Shown here: piece by piece, positions 9,255 through 18,893 of the stretch
How the letters are laid out: each line of letters opens with the position of its first letter
Numbering within the stretch: position 1 is the stretch's first letter
Source of the DNA: an uncultured Candidatus Berkelbacteria bacterium
GTDB taxonomy: Bacteria; Patescibacteriota; UBA1384; UBA12157; JAENIV01
Length of the DNA: 55,518 nt
Reading direction: 5' to 3'
Assembly (NCBI GenBank): GCA_963698075.1
Contig: OY969116.1
Coordinates: 255,492 to 311,009 of the forward strand
Translations under genes and position numbers: made by a program
Notes under the pieces: generated by a model
What the model saw: only the letters and a program-made list of their open reading frames with translations
The model's database searches: none
What the model was told of the DNA's origin: nothing

Positions 9255-10398
9255 GTGACTGACACGCGTGAGATGTATGGTTTCGACCTCAGACCAGCTA
9301 GGGAATGTTGGACTGATATCCTCGGCTGCGGTGCCATGGGCATCAGGCTGAGTTCCGAAGAAGTCCCCTTGCAGGAAGCGACCACTCTCAAGATGTACGG
9401 TCCAACAGGCGCTGAGTTCAATCCGGTCGCCAACGCCGCCTACACCTTTGGTTTGCGGGCAGCTTTCTGCACCGCCCTCGTCGAAACCAAACCCGGTGAG
9501 AACCATCCTCTGGCTGACTGGATCGAGCAAGGCATGCGCCGCGTCGGCGTGCAGGGCATCTTCAAAAGGTATGTTGACAACGGTCGAGGCGACCCCTGCC
9601 ACGCGCTCGTCCTTTCCGATCAGGGCTATGGCGAGCGCGGGCCCGAGGTCTTCTACCAGCGCGCACCCGAGGCCGGCCGCTTGCTCAAACCTGGCGATTT
9701 CGACTGGGATCATCATTTCAGTCTGGCTGAATCAGCACGCTGGGCCCACAGTGGCGGACTCTTTGCCGCGCTCTCGCCTACCACTGCCGAACTCATCATC
9801 GAGATGGCCAAAGCCGCCGCGAAACACAGCGTTCCTTTCCTCCTTTGATATCAACTGGCGACCCAAGCTCTGGATCGATATCGGTGGTCTGGACTACGCC
9901 CAGGACGTCTACGCCAAGATTCTGCCTAATGTTACTGCCGGGTTCGGCAATGAGTCAGACTGGGCTGATGCCACTGGCCTTATGAAACCCCAGCATCCTG
10001 AAGGACAAGGTATCGATATCGAGCAGTATAAGGCCTTCATCCTCCAAGTGGCGGAACTCCTGCCCAACCTCAAGATCATCGGCACCTCGCTTAGAGAGAT
10101 GGTCGACACTAACCACCACCGCTGGAGTGGCCTGCTCTACGTCAACGGTCAGTTCTACCCGGCACCCTGGATGGATATCACTGTCCTTGACCGAGTTGGT
10201 GGCGGCGATGGTTTCCTCGGCGGCGTAGTCTCCGCCATTCTGATGGGGATGCCACCGCAAGCGGCGGTTCTCTGGGGCTGGGCTCTCGGTGCCCATGTCG
10301 CTTGCTCGCACGGCGACATGAGTCAGGTCAAGAAACGCCACGTAATGAAAACCGTGGCCAGCGCTGGCAGTGCTGAAGCTAAGCGCATCGAGCGCTGA
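9255..10398 (+). pseudogene. PfkB-family sugar kinase (2-dehydro-3-deoxygluconokinase-like) split by a 1-nt frameshift
   Basis: ORF 9255..9848 ends ...KHSVPFLL*. The next frame continues SFDINWRPKLW (the PfkB D-x-N-x-R-x-x-LW block) and carries DRVGGGDGFLGG (the GAGD-type ATP motif). The span is 1144 nt (3n+1). There is one extra base near 9840 in cctttcctcc. Confidence 0.8.
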
Positions 10399-10424
10399 AA
10401 GAAAGTAACCACGACTCTTCTATA

Positions 10425-10453
10425 GGCGAGGCCTCGAGGCCTCGCCTTTCTCG
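10425..10453 (+). terminator. rho-independent terminator
   Basis: ggcgaggcc tcga ggcctcgcc followed by tttctcg. Confidence 0.8.
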
Positions 10454-10535
10454 TATTAATTTGCTTTTTGCTCTCGTGATAGTTTATATAAATAGTAGAG
10501 CACTCCGTGCTCGCACCTTGTAACAAGGAGCTCCG

Positions 10536-11984
10536 ATGAACGAACGGCTGAATCTCACTCTACCCGGCAATCCCCGCTATCAACCCAAGAGTCTCCAAGA
10601 GTACTTCGGCTACGACAACCTCTACCGAGAACTCGCCAATGTCGAACTGACTACTCTCGCTGTCTTAAGTGAAATCGGCTTCTTTCCCAAAAGGGATTAT
10701 GACCTCCTGACCCCGGAAGTTCGGGAGGCGATTATGGCTATTCCCACCACTGGGATTGATCAAGTTGAGCGGGAAATCACCGGCCATGACGTTCGCGCCT
10801 GGATTCATCTTGCCAAAGGAAAACTACATCCTCGGTTAGCTCGATGGGTTCATGTTCCTCTGACCAGCTACGATCCCCTTGATACAGGCAGGATGATTCA
10901 ATTCGTTAAGGCCTATCAAGGGGTAGTCAAACCGCTCATCAGGGAAGCCGGTTTACTACTCGCTGATTTGGTCGAACGTTTTGCTGACCAGCTTCAGATC
11001 GGCCGAACTCATGGACAACACGCTTTGCCGATCACCGTTGGTTTCTGGATGGCCACTATCTTGAGCCGATATCTTTACAATTTCGAACAAATGGACATCC
11101 ACGCCGGAGGGCTGGTGGGAAAACTAAGCGGTGCTGTTGGCGCCTACAACGCCCAAGAAGGACTAAGAATCGAAGAACGTGTCAAGAAAATGACCATGGG
11201 CGATTGGACCTTTGAGAAGCTCGTACTTCGCAAGCTCGGACTGGAACCCGCAAGAATCAGCACCCAGATCTTGCCACCCGAACCCCTCGCCTATTTCCTA
11301 TTTTCTGCACTGATGCTTTCGGCGACAATTGCCCAGTTCGGCCGCGATGCCCGCCACTTGATGCGCTCCGAGATCGCCGAATTTGCCGAAGCTTTCGAGG
11401 AAACCCAAGATGGCTCTTCGACTATGGCCCACAAGCGCAACCCAATCACCTTTGAAAACCTCGAAGGCATGTTCTGGCGGACAAAAAACGAGTTCGGCAA
11501 GGTCTTAGACACCTTGATTTCCGAGCACCAGCGCGATTTGGTCGGCAGTTCGCCGGCCCGCGATTTTCCCATTATTATCATCAATCTCGTCCAACAACTA
11601 GGCACCCTGACAAGAAAAAAGAAGGACGTTCCGTTCCTCGCGCGGGTAACCATCAATCCTGAAGCCTGTCAGCGCAATTTCGAGATGTCCAAGCATCTGA
11701 TTCTTTCCGAACCGCTCTACATTGCGCTTCAAATGGCTGGCTACGAGGGCGATGCCCACAATTTCGTCAACCACGTCTTGACACCCAAAGCCCAGGCCAG
11801 CGGCAGGATGCTGGTAGAAATCCTCGAAGACTTCCCCGATGATGATCCGGCCAAGACGACCTACCTTCTGATCCCTGCCGAAATCCGCGAACTTCTCCAC
11901 CACCCCGAGCAATATACTGGTCGAGCCAAAGAAAAAGCCCTCGAGATCGCCGCTCTGGCGCGCGAGCAACTCGAGGCGTTCTAA
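10536..11984 (+). CDS. purB: adenylosuccinate lyase
   Basis: 482 aa with the fumarate-lyase signature GSSTMAHKRNP. SD aaggag is upstream. Confidence 0.9.
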   Translation: MNERLNLTLPGNPRYQPKSLQEYFGYDNLYRELANVELTTLAVLSEIGFFPKRDYDLLTPEVREAIMAIPTTGIDQVEREITGHDVRAWIHLAKGKLHPRLARWVHVPLTSYDPLDTGRMIQFVKAYQGVVKPLIREAGLLLADLVERFADQLQIGRTHGQHALPITVGFWMATILSRYLYNFEQMDIHAGGLVGKLSGAVGAYNAQEGLRIEERVKKMTMGDWTFEKLVLRKLGLEPARISTQILPPEPLAYFLFSALMLSATIAQFGRDARHLMRSEIAEFAEAFEETQDGSSTMAHKRNPITFENLEGMFWRTKNEFGKVLDTLISEHQRDLVGSSPARDFPIIIINLVQQLGTLTRKKKDVPFLARVTINPEACQRNFEMSKHLILSEPLYIALQMAGYEGDAHNFVNHVLTPKAQASGRMLVEILEDFPDDDPAKTTYLLIPAEIRELLHHPEQYTGRAKEKALEIAALAREQLEAF

Positions 11985-11985
11985 G

Positions 11986-12612
11986 ATGGATCCCCGAGTG
12001 CGAGCCCTTATCACCGGTTTTGAGAAATTCGGACCCTATCCCCTCAATCCCACCAGCGATCTCGCCCGCGAGTTCAAAGGAGTCGAGATCGGCAACGTCC
12101 AATTCTCGAGCCTCGTTTTACCAGCTACTTACTGCACTGCCGCTCGTGATTTGTTCGGCGCCATCGAGGAGCTTAAGCCGGCCATAGTAATCAGTTTCGG
12201 TCTGGCCTCGAGAATTCCTCGTCTCCGAATCGAGACCTATGGCCGCAACTGGATGGAAAGTAACTACGCCGATAATCGCGGCGTCCTCGCCACTGGCGAG
12301 ATAATCGACCCCGATGGCCCGAATTTCTGTCGAACCAACATTGATTCCATCGGTCTCGCTCATGCCCTTCATCAGGCGAGCGTGCCCGTAGATATCTCTG
12401 TCGATGCTGAAGCTTTCGTCTGCAACGCTTTGATCTATCAAATCATGCTGTGTCTCTGCCATTCGTCCCAGAAAGTGCTCTTCACCTACTTTCATACCCC
12501 GTGGCCAGATCGCTATCTCGACCGCATAACTCTTGAGCCAGGCAAGGTCACGATCCCTTGGGAGACGCTCGATAAGACCGTCAGGACCACCGCCCTCTAT
12601 CTGGCAGGATGA
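11986..12612 (+). CDS. pcp: pyroglutamyl peptidase I (peptidase C15) family protein
   Basis: LITGFEKFG..NPT N-terminus. Putative catalytic residues: Glu (RIETYGRN), Cys (AEAFVCNALIY) and His (YFHTPW). The start is 1 nt after the purB stop. Confidence 0.75.
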   Translation: MDPRVRALITGFEKFGPYPLNPTSDLAREFKGVEIGNVQFSSLVLPATYCTAARDLFGAIEELKPAIVISFGLASRIPRLRIETYGRNWMESNYADNRGVLATGEIIDPDGPNFCRTNIDSIGLAHALHQASVPVDISVDAEAFVCNALIYQIMLCLCHSSQKVLFTYFHTPWPDRYLDRITLEPGKVTIPWETLDKTVRTTALYLAG

Positions 12613-12627
12613 ACGATCCCATTACAA

Positions 12628-12660
12628 GGCGGGGCGCCTCATCGGCGCCCCGCCTTTCTC
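12628..12660 (+). terminator. rho-independent terminator
   Basis: ggcggggcgcc tcatc ggcgccccgcc followed by tttctcg. Confidence 0.8.
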
Positions 12661-12671
12661 GTATCTAATTA

Positions 12672-12700
12672 TTGACAAGAAGATTAACTTATCCTATACT
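12672..12700 (+). promoter_or_regulatory. sigma70-type promoter
   Basis: TTGACA (12672-12677), 17 nt, TATACT (12695-12700). It is followed by a ~115-nt GC-rich leader before the CDS at 12822. Confidence 0.6.
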
Positions 12701-12821
12701 TAACTCAACCCGAAACGGTACGCCGTGAGGGAATCCAACTGCGGAGGGTACGCCCGATGCGAACCGTATCAGATGTGCTGGTGCCTAAGCGCGAACCAAA
12801 AGATGATATAAAGGAGTAACT

Positions 12822-13760
12822 ATGGAGCCAAAGAAAATTGATCGTCCGAAAGAAAAAGAGTTAAATCTAACGGATTTTGCTGATTCGATTACTTTTTGGA
12901 GTCAATTTAAGAGAGATGATCAAAAAGGTATTAAAAATGCTGTTATTCAACAGATCAATAAGTTGATTAAAGATTCTGGAATAAATGAAAAATATAAAGT
13001 TATATTTTTAGTGCACGATGTCCTCGTACATGACGAAAAAAATTCTATAAATCGCTATGTTTTAGACCGAATTTACTCAACGTTGGTAAAAATCAAAAAA
13101 AGTGAAAGTATTCTTCTAATACTTAATAGTGGAGGAGGCGAAGTAGAGCCTGCTTATTTAATTTCTAAGTGTTGTAAACTTTATTCCCAGTTTCATGTGG
13201 CGGTTCCAAGAAAGGCGAAATCTGCTGCTACTTTGTTGTCTCTTGGAGCACACTCTATACATATGGGAGATATAAGCGAGTTGGGACCAATCGACCCACA
13301 GATTAAAGGACTTCCCGCATTAGCAATAGATGATGCTATTGAAGCAATAGCGAATATTGTAGAAAGTTATCCAAAATCTGCTGATTTATTCGCCCGCTAT
13401 TTAAGTTCCAATCTAGGTATTCAAGCCCTTGGCTATTATAAGCGTATTCCCGCCTCAGCTCTCGATTATGCCAGCAGGTTACTATCGGATAAAACATTTG
13501 AGAATACCTCGGCAGAAAATATTTCAAAGAAGCTAGTAAGGGGCTATAAAGATCATGGTTTTGTTATTGATAAGGACGAGGCAAAATCTATACTAGAAAA
13601 GATGGTGCAATACGATACTGAAGAATACAGACTTTCCGATAAAATTTACCGTTTGTTGGAAACATTTATAATTGTGTCATGGGCAGTTCATAAAAAAAGA
13701 TACTCGTTAGAATACCTAGGGGAAGTTGATGAAGGATTTTATCTTGGCGAAAAAGAATAA
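12822..13760 (+). CDS. SDH-family Clp-fold serine proteinase (ClpP/SppA-like)
   Basis: 312 aa, low GC. The block ILNSGGGEVEPAY...VAVPRKAKSAATLLSLGAHSIHMGDISELGPIDPQ matches the serine-dehydrogenase-proteinase/ClpP fold pattern. Confidence 0.7.
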   Translation: MEPKKIDRPKEKELNLTDFADSITFWSQFKRDDQKGIKNAVIQQINKLIKDSGINEKYKVIFLVHDVLVHDEKNSINRYVLDRIYSTLVKIKKSESILLILNSGGGEVEPAYLISKCCKLYSQFHVAVPRKAKSAATLLSLGAHSIHMGDISELGPIDPQIKGLPALAIDDAIEAIANIVESYPKSADLFARYLSSNLGIQALGYYKRIPASALDYASRLLSDKTFENTSAENISKKLVRGYKDHGFVIDKDEAKSILEKMVQYDTEEYRLSDKIYRLLETFIIVSWAVHKKRYSLEYLGEVDEGFYLGEKE

Positions 13761-13894
13761 ATCTATAACAATCACTTCTACTCTCCCCTTCCACTTCAAC
13801 GGCACGTTTCACAAACCGTCCCATTTTCCGGGCTGAATTGTTTAAAAACCTCTATATGCCACTTCTTAACTGAAAAGTATAGAAGTGATAAATC

Positions 13895-13916
13895 AAAGAG
13901 CTAAAGCTCTTTTTTG
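13895..13916 (+). terminator. terminator hairpin (also the left copy of a 19-nt direct repeat)
   Basis: aaagagc taa gctcttt followed by tttgg. Confidence 0.6.
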
Positions 13917-13920
13917 GTAA

Positions 13921-13955
13921 AAAAAATACCGGCAGACCAGATGGTCAACCGGCGG
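13921..13955 (-). terminator. terminator of 13984..14238 gene
   Basis: On the minus strand, ccggttgacc atct ggtctgccgg (imperfect) followed by tattttttt. Confidence 0.5.
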
Positions 13956-13983
13956 AATGGATGATGCGGTTGCGACAATAATA

Positions 13984-14238
13984 TTAAGACTTTCGTCTAA
14001 CCCTGAGTACAGCTTTCTCCGGCGAGAACTCAAGGATTTCCCACTGCTCGACACTCATACTGACTACTCTCTCGCCTTTCAGCATGAGTGTCCAAGCGAC
14101 AAACTCAGATAGAGGCATTGGGTCATTGGTATCAACGATTTCAGTGATTTCAGTGCCACCGGCTTCGACAATGACGGTAAGTCTACCTGTGACAAGTGTT
14201 CCCATCAGCGTAACACCCGGTGGATAGTTTGCTGTCAT
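13984..14238 (-). CDS. hypothetical small protein
   Basis: 84 aa, high GC. SD gaggtg lies 5 nt upstream of the ATG. Confidence 0.55.
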   Translation of the reverse strand: MTANYPPGVTLMGTLVTGRLTVIVEAGGTEITEIVDTNDPMPLSEFVAWTLMLKGERVVSMSVEQWEILEFSPEKAVLRVRRKS

Positions 14239-14435
14239 TTGTCACCTCGTCTCTTCGAGTTTGAGATAACAATAGCAAAAAGTATTATATTAGTCAATCC
14301 GATTTAGAGCGAAAGGTATTTTTTAATTTACGGGTACAAGATAATTAAATAATCCCCAAAATGTGCTGGAGCATAAATTAGGGATTAATCACAAATATGC
14401 TGGAAGTGTATATAGAGACGAAAATTCTTTTTTGA

Positions 14436-14464
14436 TTGACTTTTTTAAAAAATTATGCTATATT
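14436..14464 (+). promoter_or_regulatory. sigma70-type promoter
   Basis: TTGACT (14436-14441), 17 nt, TATATT (14459-14464). Confidence 0.6.
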
Positions 14465-14505
14465 GCTTTTAGTTGTTCAAGAGAAAGTTCCAAGGAGAAC
14501 GGCCG

Positions 14506-15027
14506 ATGCCCGCGGAAGTTCGTTCGGTCTGGTTGCATTGCTGGGTACCATTTGTCCAGACTGCTCTCTCTGAAGTTCTGGAACACATTGAGGCTGACGG
14601 AGCCCATCGGGGCGGTTTTTTCTGCAGCGTTGACACCGCTTTGACTTTGAATGTCCCGACTCTCGTCATCAGGGTCGGCAACTTTCCACGAGATCGCGCT
14701 GAACGGCGGTTTCGACTATCCATCGAAAAGCCAACGCGACTGCTCGCTAATCCGACTCATATCAGCAGTGAACAATCTAGATGTGATGAGAAGGAACAAT
14801 TCGGAGGCGCAATCCGAACGAGTGCGGGGATGGCTTTCTCTTTCTCCGGGCTTCCGCGTGGTATCGACGACGAGGCGGTCTGCCTCCTTACTGCCGAGCG
14901 GACTGGCCAGATCTTGCCGGAGCTGATCGAGAGAATCGTCGCCATTAGCAACAACGATGTCTACCGGCGCATTCGGGCCTTCCACCCTCTGAGTCCAGTG
15001 GGGCACCGCAGGCAAATACCGACATGA
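14506..15027 (+). CDS. hypothetical protein
   Basis: Start moved to the ATG at 14506, preceded by SD aaggag. 173 aa. No family recognised. Confidence 0.55.
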   Translation: MPAEVRSVWLHCWVPFVQTALSEVLEHIEADGAHRGGFFCSVDTALTLNVPTLVIRVGNFPRDRAERRFRLSIEKPTRLLANPTHISSEQSRCDEKEQFGGAIRTSAGMAFSFSGLPRGIDDEAVCLLTAERTGQILPELIERIVAISNNDVYRRIRAFHPLSPVGHRRQIPT

Positions 15028-15037
15028 GGAGGTAGCA

Positions 15038-15136
15038 ATGAGCCAGCTTCAGATTAACCCAACCTACAAGTGGTTGGCACTGGGCTGTTTCGTGGTTATC
15101 GTGCTCGTTGTCGCCCTCGTCCGGGGCTGGATCTGA
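15038..15136 (+). CDS. 32-aa single-pass membrane peptide (not in ORF track)
   Basis: SD gaggagg, then ATG at 15038. Product MSQLQINPTYKWLALGCFVVIVLVVALVRGWI. It begins 8 nt after the stop of the preceding CDS and is followed by a terminator. Confidence 0.4.
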   Translation: MSQLQINPTYKWLALGCFVVIVLVVALVRGWI

Positions 15137-15168
15137 TCTAGAACGGCGCGGTGACAACGCCATCTGTG

Positions 15169-15200
15169 GTGGGCGGGATTCTATCCCGCCCACTCTTAGT
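15169..15200 (+). terminator. rho-independent terminator
   Basis: gtgggcgggat tct atcccgcccac followed by tcttagttt. Confidence 0.7.
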
Positions 15201-15306
15201 TTAAACACTAATCACCAGTCGCTAGTTACTGGCTTCTGGCGACTATCTTGGGAGCGAAAGCTCTTTTTTGTTTTCTGAAAAAGTTTTGCTATGATAAAAA
15301 CGAATT

Positions 15307-15930
15307 ATGACGAAAGTTCAACTTTTTAAAAAGTTTTACAATTTAAATAAATCGCTTTACCAAAAAGCGAAAAATCCGCTCAAATGCCACGGTCCAGATC
15401 ACCATTGGCGGACTTTCAAAAACGCCGAATACATTATCGGCAAACTCAAAATCAAGCCCGATTATGAAGTTTTGATTCCGGCGATATTTTTGCATGATAT
15501 TACCGCCTTTGAGCCTGACGCCCATGATCCATGGAATCATCAGGAAGATTTAAATGAAGCCAAAAGAGAACTTAAAAAATTAAAATATTCTCCGGAAAAA
15601 TCAGAACAAATATTAAGACTAATTGCCGTCCACGGCTCGGATCCCCAAAAAATCAAAAAAAACGAACCGATTGAGGCGACATTACTTCGCGACGCCGACA
15701 AGATGGATGTGATGGGCCCGATTGGCATTGGCCGAATTTTTATGGCCCTTACCAAAAGTTGCGGCTATGATCTTAAAGATTTTGCCCAAAAATATCACCG
15801 CGAAGCCACAATCCGCCAAAAATATCAAGCCATCAAAACAAAGTTCGCCCGCGATTTAGTTCGTAAAGATTATGAATACTCGCTCAAATTTTTTAAAGAA
15901 TTAGATGAGAAATTAAAAGAAAGTAGGTGA
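15307..15930 (+). CDS. HD-domain phosphohydrolase
   Basis: HGPDHHWRTF ... IFLHDITAFE ... LRDADKMDVMG (the H..HD..D pattern). Confidence 0.8.
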   Translation: MTKVQLFKKFYNLNKSLYQKAKNPLKCHGPDHHWRTFKNAEYIIGKLKIKPDYEVLIPAIFLHDITAFEPDAHDPWNHQEDLNEAKRELKKLKYSPEKSEQILRLIAVHGSDPQKIKKNEPIEATLLRDADKMDVMGPIGIGRIFMALTKSCGYDLKDFAQKYHREATIRQKYQAIKTKFARDLVRKDYEYSLKFFKELDEKLKESR

Positions 15931-15977
15931 TTTTATCATTGTTCGAAAAATCGAAGAGCTCTATAATAATCGCTAAC

Positions 15978-18869
15978 TTATAATGGGCCGCCCCAATAAT
16001 TCGGCTCCTCCTCCTTCGCCGAGGCTTCGGAGGACAAGTCCGGTTTAGGCGGTTTTTTAAGATCTTTTAAGGGCAGTTTTTCTTTTGATTCTTTTTCTTG
16101 ATAGTCGTGAATTTTAATATCTTTTCGCGGTTTAAAAACACCCGGCTCGCGCCAAGTATCAGTGTGCACTTTAGCCCAGGCGGGAAGCCCCTTCTCCTTT
16201 GTAATTTCTTTGGGGGCAGGGGACTGGGGAGGAATTTTTTTAGTCGGCTTTTTTGCCGTTGCTTTTGGTTCTTCCCGCCTAGACTCGGCGAGGCTGGCCG
16301 GCCCGCTGGGTTCCTCGGGGATATCTTCCAATTTATCGGTTTTGTCTTTACGGACAACGGTCACCGAGGTTACTTTATCCCCTTTGTTTAAGCGAATTAA
16401 AGCCACCCCTTGGGTATCACGCTGCAATCTCTTAATCGTCTTGAGCGCCATCCGAATCATTTGACCTTTACTTGAAGCCAAAATGACATCGTAATCATCG
16501 CCATAAACAATTCTCATCCCCACGATTGTCCCAGTCCGCGTTGTCACTTGCGCCGCCCGAATACCCATCCCCCCGCGGAGTTGCATTTTAAATTGAGGCA
16601 AAGGCGTCCGTTTACCCAACCCTTTTTCCATAATAATCAAGGCGTCAGCTTCCTTCTCGCGGCCGGCGGCAATGACATCGCAGGAAACCGCGTAATCTTC
16701 CCCACGTAGGTGAATCCCCCGCACGCCAGCGGCAGTCCGGCCCATTGGCCGAATATCAGCCTCGCGGTAAAAAATTGATTGGCCCTTAGCCGAAACTTGG
16801 AAAATATTGTCAGTGCCGGTGGTAAATTTGACCCACCGCAGACGATCATCGCCCTTGAGTCTTATTGCCAAAATCCCGGTTTGTCGGACTTTCTGATACA
16901 TCGTTAAAGCTGTCTTTTTGACCAACCCTTTGGCGGTGGCCAGTAAAATATATTTATATTGAGCCGCCACTTTACTCGAAAGAGTAATCATCGCCGTCAC
17001 TTTTTCTTCCGGTGAAATTTGCAAAATGTTAACAATCGCCTGCCCCTTGGCAATGCGGGAGGCCGCGGGAATTTCGTAAACTTTGGTGTGAAAAATGCGG
17101 CCGCGGTCGGTGAAAAAATAAATATCATCGTGGGTATTGGCCGCCACCAAATGCTCAATCATGTCCTCTTCTTTAGTTCCCATCCCCATCACACCTTTGC
17201 CCCCGCGAATTTGTGAACGGTAAGAGGTCACTGGCATTCGTTTAATATAATTGCCGCGAGTCAAAATGATAATCACTTGCTCTGAGGGAATAAGATCTTC
17301 GGCCGAAAATCTGCCCAAAGATTCGGCGTAAATTTTTGTCCGGCGATCGCTCGGGTATTTTTCTTTGATTTCTTTTAATTCATTTTTGATAATTTCTCGG
17401 ATTTTTGGCTCCGATTTGAGAATGGCTTCGCATTCAGAAATAAACTGCAGTTTTTCTTTGTATTCGCTTTCGACTTTCTCACGCTCAAGAGCCGCCAAGG
17501 CGGCTAAACGCATCTCTAAAATCGCATTGGCTTGGACATCAGTCAGTTTAAACTTTGACTTCAGAAGTTTATGGGCCTCTTCCCGATCAGCGGACTTGCG
17601 AATGGTTGAGACCACTTCATCAATCGATTTGAGAGCAATCCGCAAACCCTCCAAAATATGGGCTCGCTCTTTGGCCCGCCCCCAAAGATATTGGGTGCGG
17701 CGGCGAACCACATTTTGGCGATGCTTAAGATATTCTTCCAAAACATTTTTTAAGGTCAATACTCGTGGCTGAATCCCATCAACCAAAGCCAGCATATTGA
17801 CATAAAAGGTTGTCTGCATGTCGGTCAGTTCATAGAGGCGGTTGAGAATTTTCTTAGGATAAGCCGAAGCTCTAAGATCTATCACAATTCGCACACCTTC
17901 TTTGCGATCCGATTCATCGCGTAAATCAGCGATACCCTCTAACTTTTTCTCTTTGACAAGATCAGCAATCTTGGCAATTAATTCGGCTTTATTGACTTGG
18001 TAGGGCAGCTCGGAGACAATGATGCGAAAGCCGCGCTTATTTTCTTCAATCGCTGCCACTGAGCGCATCACAATCGCGCCTTTACCACTGGCGTAAGCGG
18101 CGGTAATTTGTTCGGCGCCGAAAATCTCCGCGCCAGTGGGAAAATCCGGGCCCTTGATGAATTCAAGTAAATCTTCAATTGTACAGTCAGGATGATCAAT
18201 CAAATGAATCGTCGCTTCGGCCACCTCACCCAAATTGTGCGGCGGGATGTTAGTCGCCATTCCCACCGCAATCCCCATCGAACCATTAACTAATAAATTG
18301 GGAATTTTAGCTGGAAGAACCTTGGGCTCATTGCGCGAAGAATCATAATTAGGCACAAAATCAACTGTCCCTTTATCAATATCAGCGAGGATTTCCTCGG
18401 CGACAGCGGTCATCCGCGCTTCGGTGTAGCGCATTGCTGCCGGTTGATCGCCGTCCATCGAGCCAAAGTTACCTTGGCCGTCAACGAGCGGCTGGCGCAT
18501 TGAAAACCCTTGAGCCATTCTCACCAAACTATCATAAACCGCAATATCGCCGTGAGGGTGGTATTTTCCTAAAACATCACCCACGACCGTGGCTGATTTA
18601 CGATATTTAGCTGCGTGCGTCAGTCCCATTTCATACATTGAATATAAAACGCGCCGATGAACCGGCTTGAGACCGTCGCGAACATCAGGCAAGGCCCGAG
18701 CGATTATCACCGACATCGCGTAATCCAAATACGACTCGCGCATTTCATCTTCCAAAATGCGCGCTCTCACCAGTCCAAACTCCGTCTTTTCATCGCGAAC
18801 TACATGACTGGCATGTTCATTGGAAAAATTTTCCGCAACCGAATCTAAATTTTCCTCTTTTTTGGGCAT
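15978..18869 (-). CDS. gyrA: DNA gyrase subunit A with ~140-aa Lys/Pro/Glu-rich C-terminal extension
   Basis: 963 aa. [20 protein letters not shown] (active-site Tyr region) and C-terminal beta-pinwheel repeats, followed by a low-complexity tail. Confidence 0.97.
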   Translation of the reverse strand: MPKKEENLDSVAENFSNEHASHVVRDEKTEFGLVRARILEDEMRESYLDYAMSVIIARALPDVRDGLKPVHRRVLYSMYEMGLTHAAKYRKSATVVGDVLGKYHPHGDIAVYDSLVRMAQGFSMRQPLVDGQGNFGSMDGDQPAAMRYTEARMTAVAEEILADIDKGTVDFVPNYDSSRNEPKVLPAKIPNLLVNGSMGIAVGMATNIPPHNLGEVAEATIHLIDHPDCTIEDLLEFIKGPDFPTGAEIFGAEQITAAYASGKGAIVMRSVAAIEENKRGFRIIVSELPYQVNKAELIAKIADLVKEKKLEGIADLRDESDRKEGVRIVIDLRASAYPKKILNRLYELTDMQTTFYVNMLALVDGIQPRVLTLKNVLEEYLKHRQNVVRRRTQYLWGRAKERAHILEGLRIALKSIDEVVSTIRKSADREEAHKLLKSKFKLTDVQANAILEMRLAALAALEREKVESEYKEKLQFISECEAILKSEPKIREIIKNELKEIKEKYPSDRRTKIYAESLGRFSAEDLIPSEQVIIILTRGNYIKRMPVTSYRSQIRGGKGVMGMGTKEEDMIEHLVAANTHDDIYFFTDRGRIFHTKVYEIPAASRIAKGQAIVNILQISPEEKVTAMITLSSKVAAQYKYILLATAKGLVKKTALTMYQKVRQTGILAIRLKGDDRLRWVKFTTGTDNIFQVSAKGQSIFYREADIRPMGRTAAGVRGIHLRGEDYAVSCDVIAAGREKEADALIIMEKGLGKRTPLPQFKMQLRGGMGIRAAQVTTRTGTIVGMRIVYGDDYDVILASSKGQMIRMALKTIKRLQRDTQGVALIRLNKGDKVTSVTVVRKDKTDKLEDIPEEPSGPASLAESRREEPKATAKKPTKKIPPQSPAPKEITKEKGLPAWAKVHTDTWREPGVFKPRKDIKIHDYQEKESKEKLPLKDLKKPPKPDLSSEASAKEEEPNYWGGPL

Positions 18870-18893
18870 AATAGTTATGTTAACGTCTCGCGC

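Noticed and set aside
9204-9716. 170-aa minus-strand ORF, and similar long antisense ORFs such as 9955..10341, 11291..12102, 28132..28662, 28991..29551, 27486..28017 and 14716..15015.
   Set aside because: These are shadow ORFs antisense to well-supported high-GC genes, where stop codons are rare. They have no SD or family features.
13780-13840. Spacer text ccacttcaacggcacgtttcacaaaccgtcccattttccggg, translating to a protein-like FHFNGTFHKPSHFPG fragment (possible decayed gene end).
   Set aside because: It is too short, has no start or extended frame, and I could not tie it to a family.
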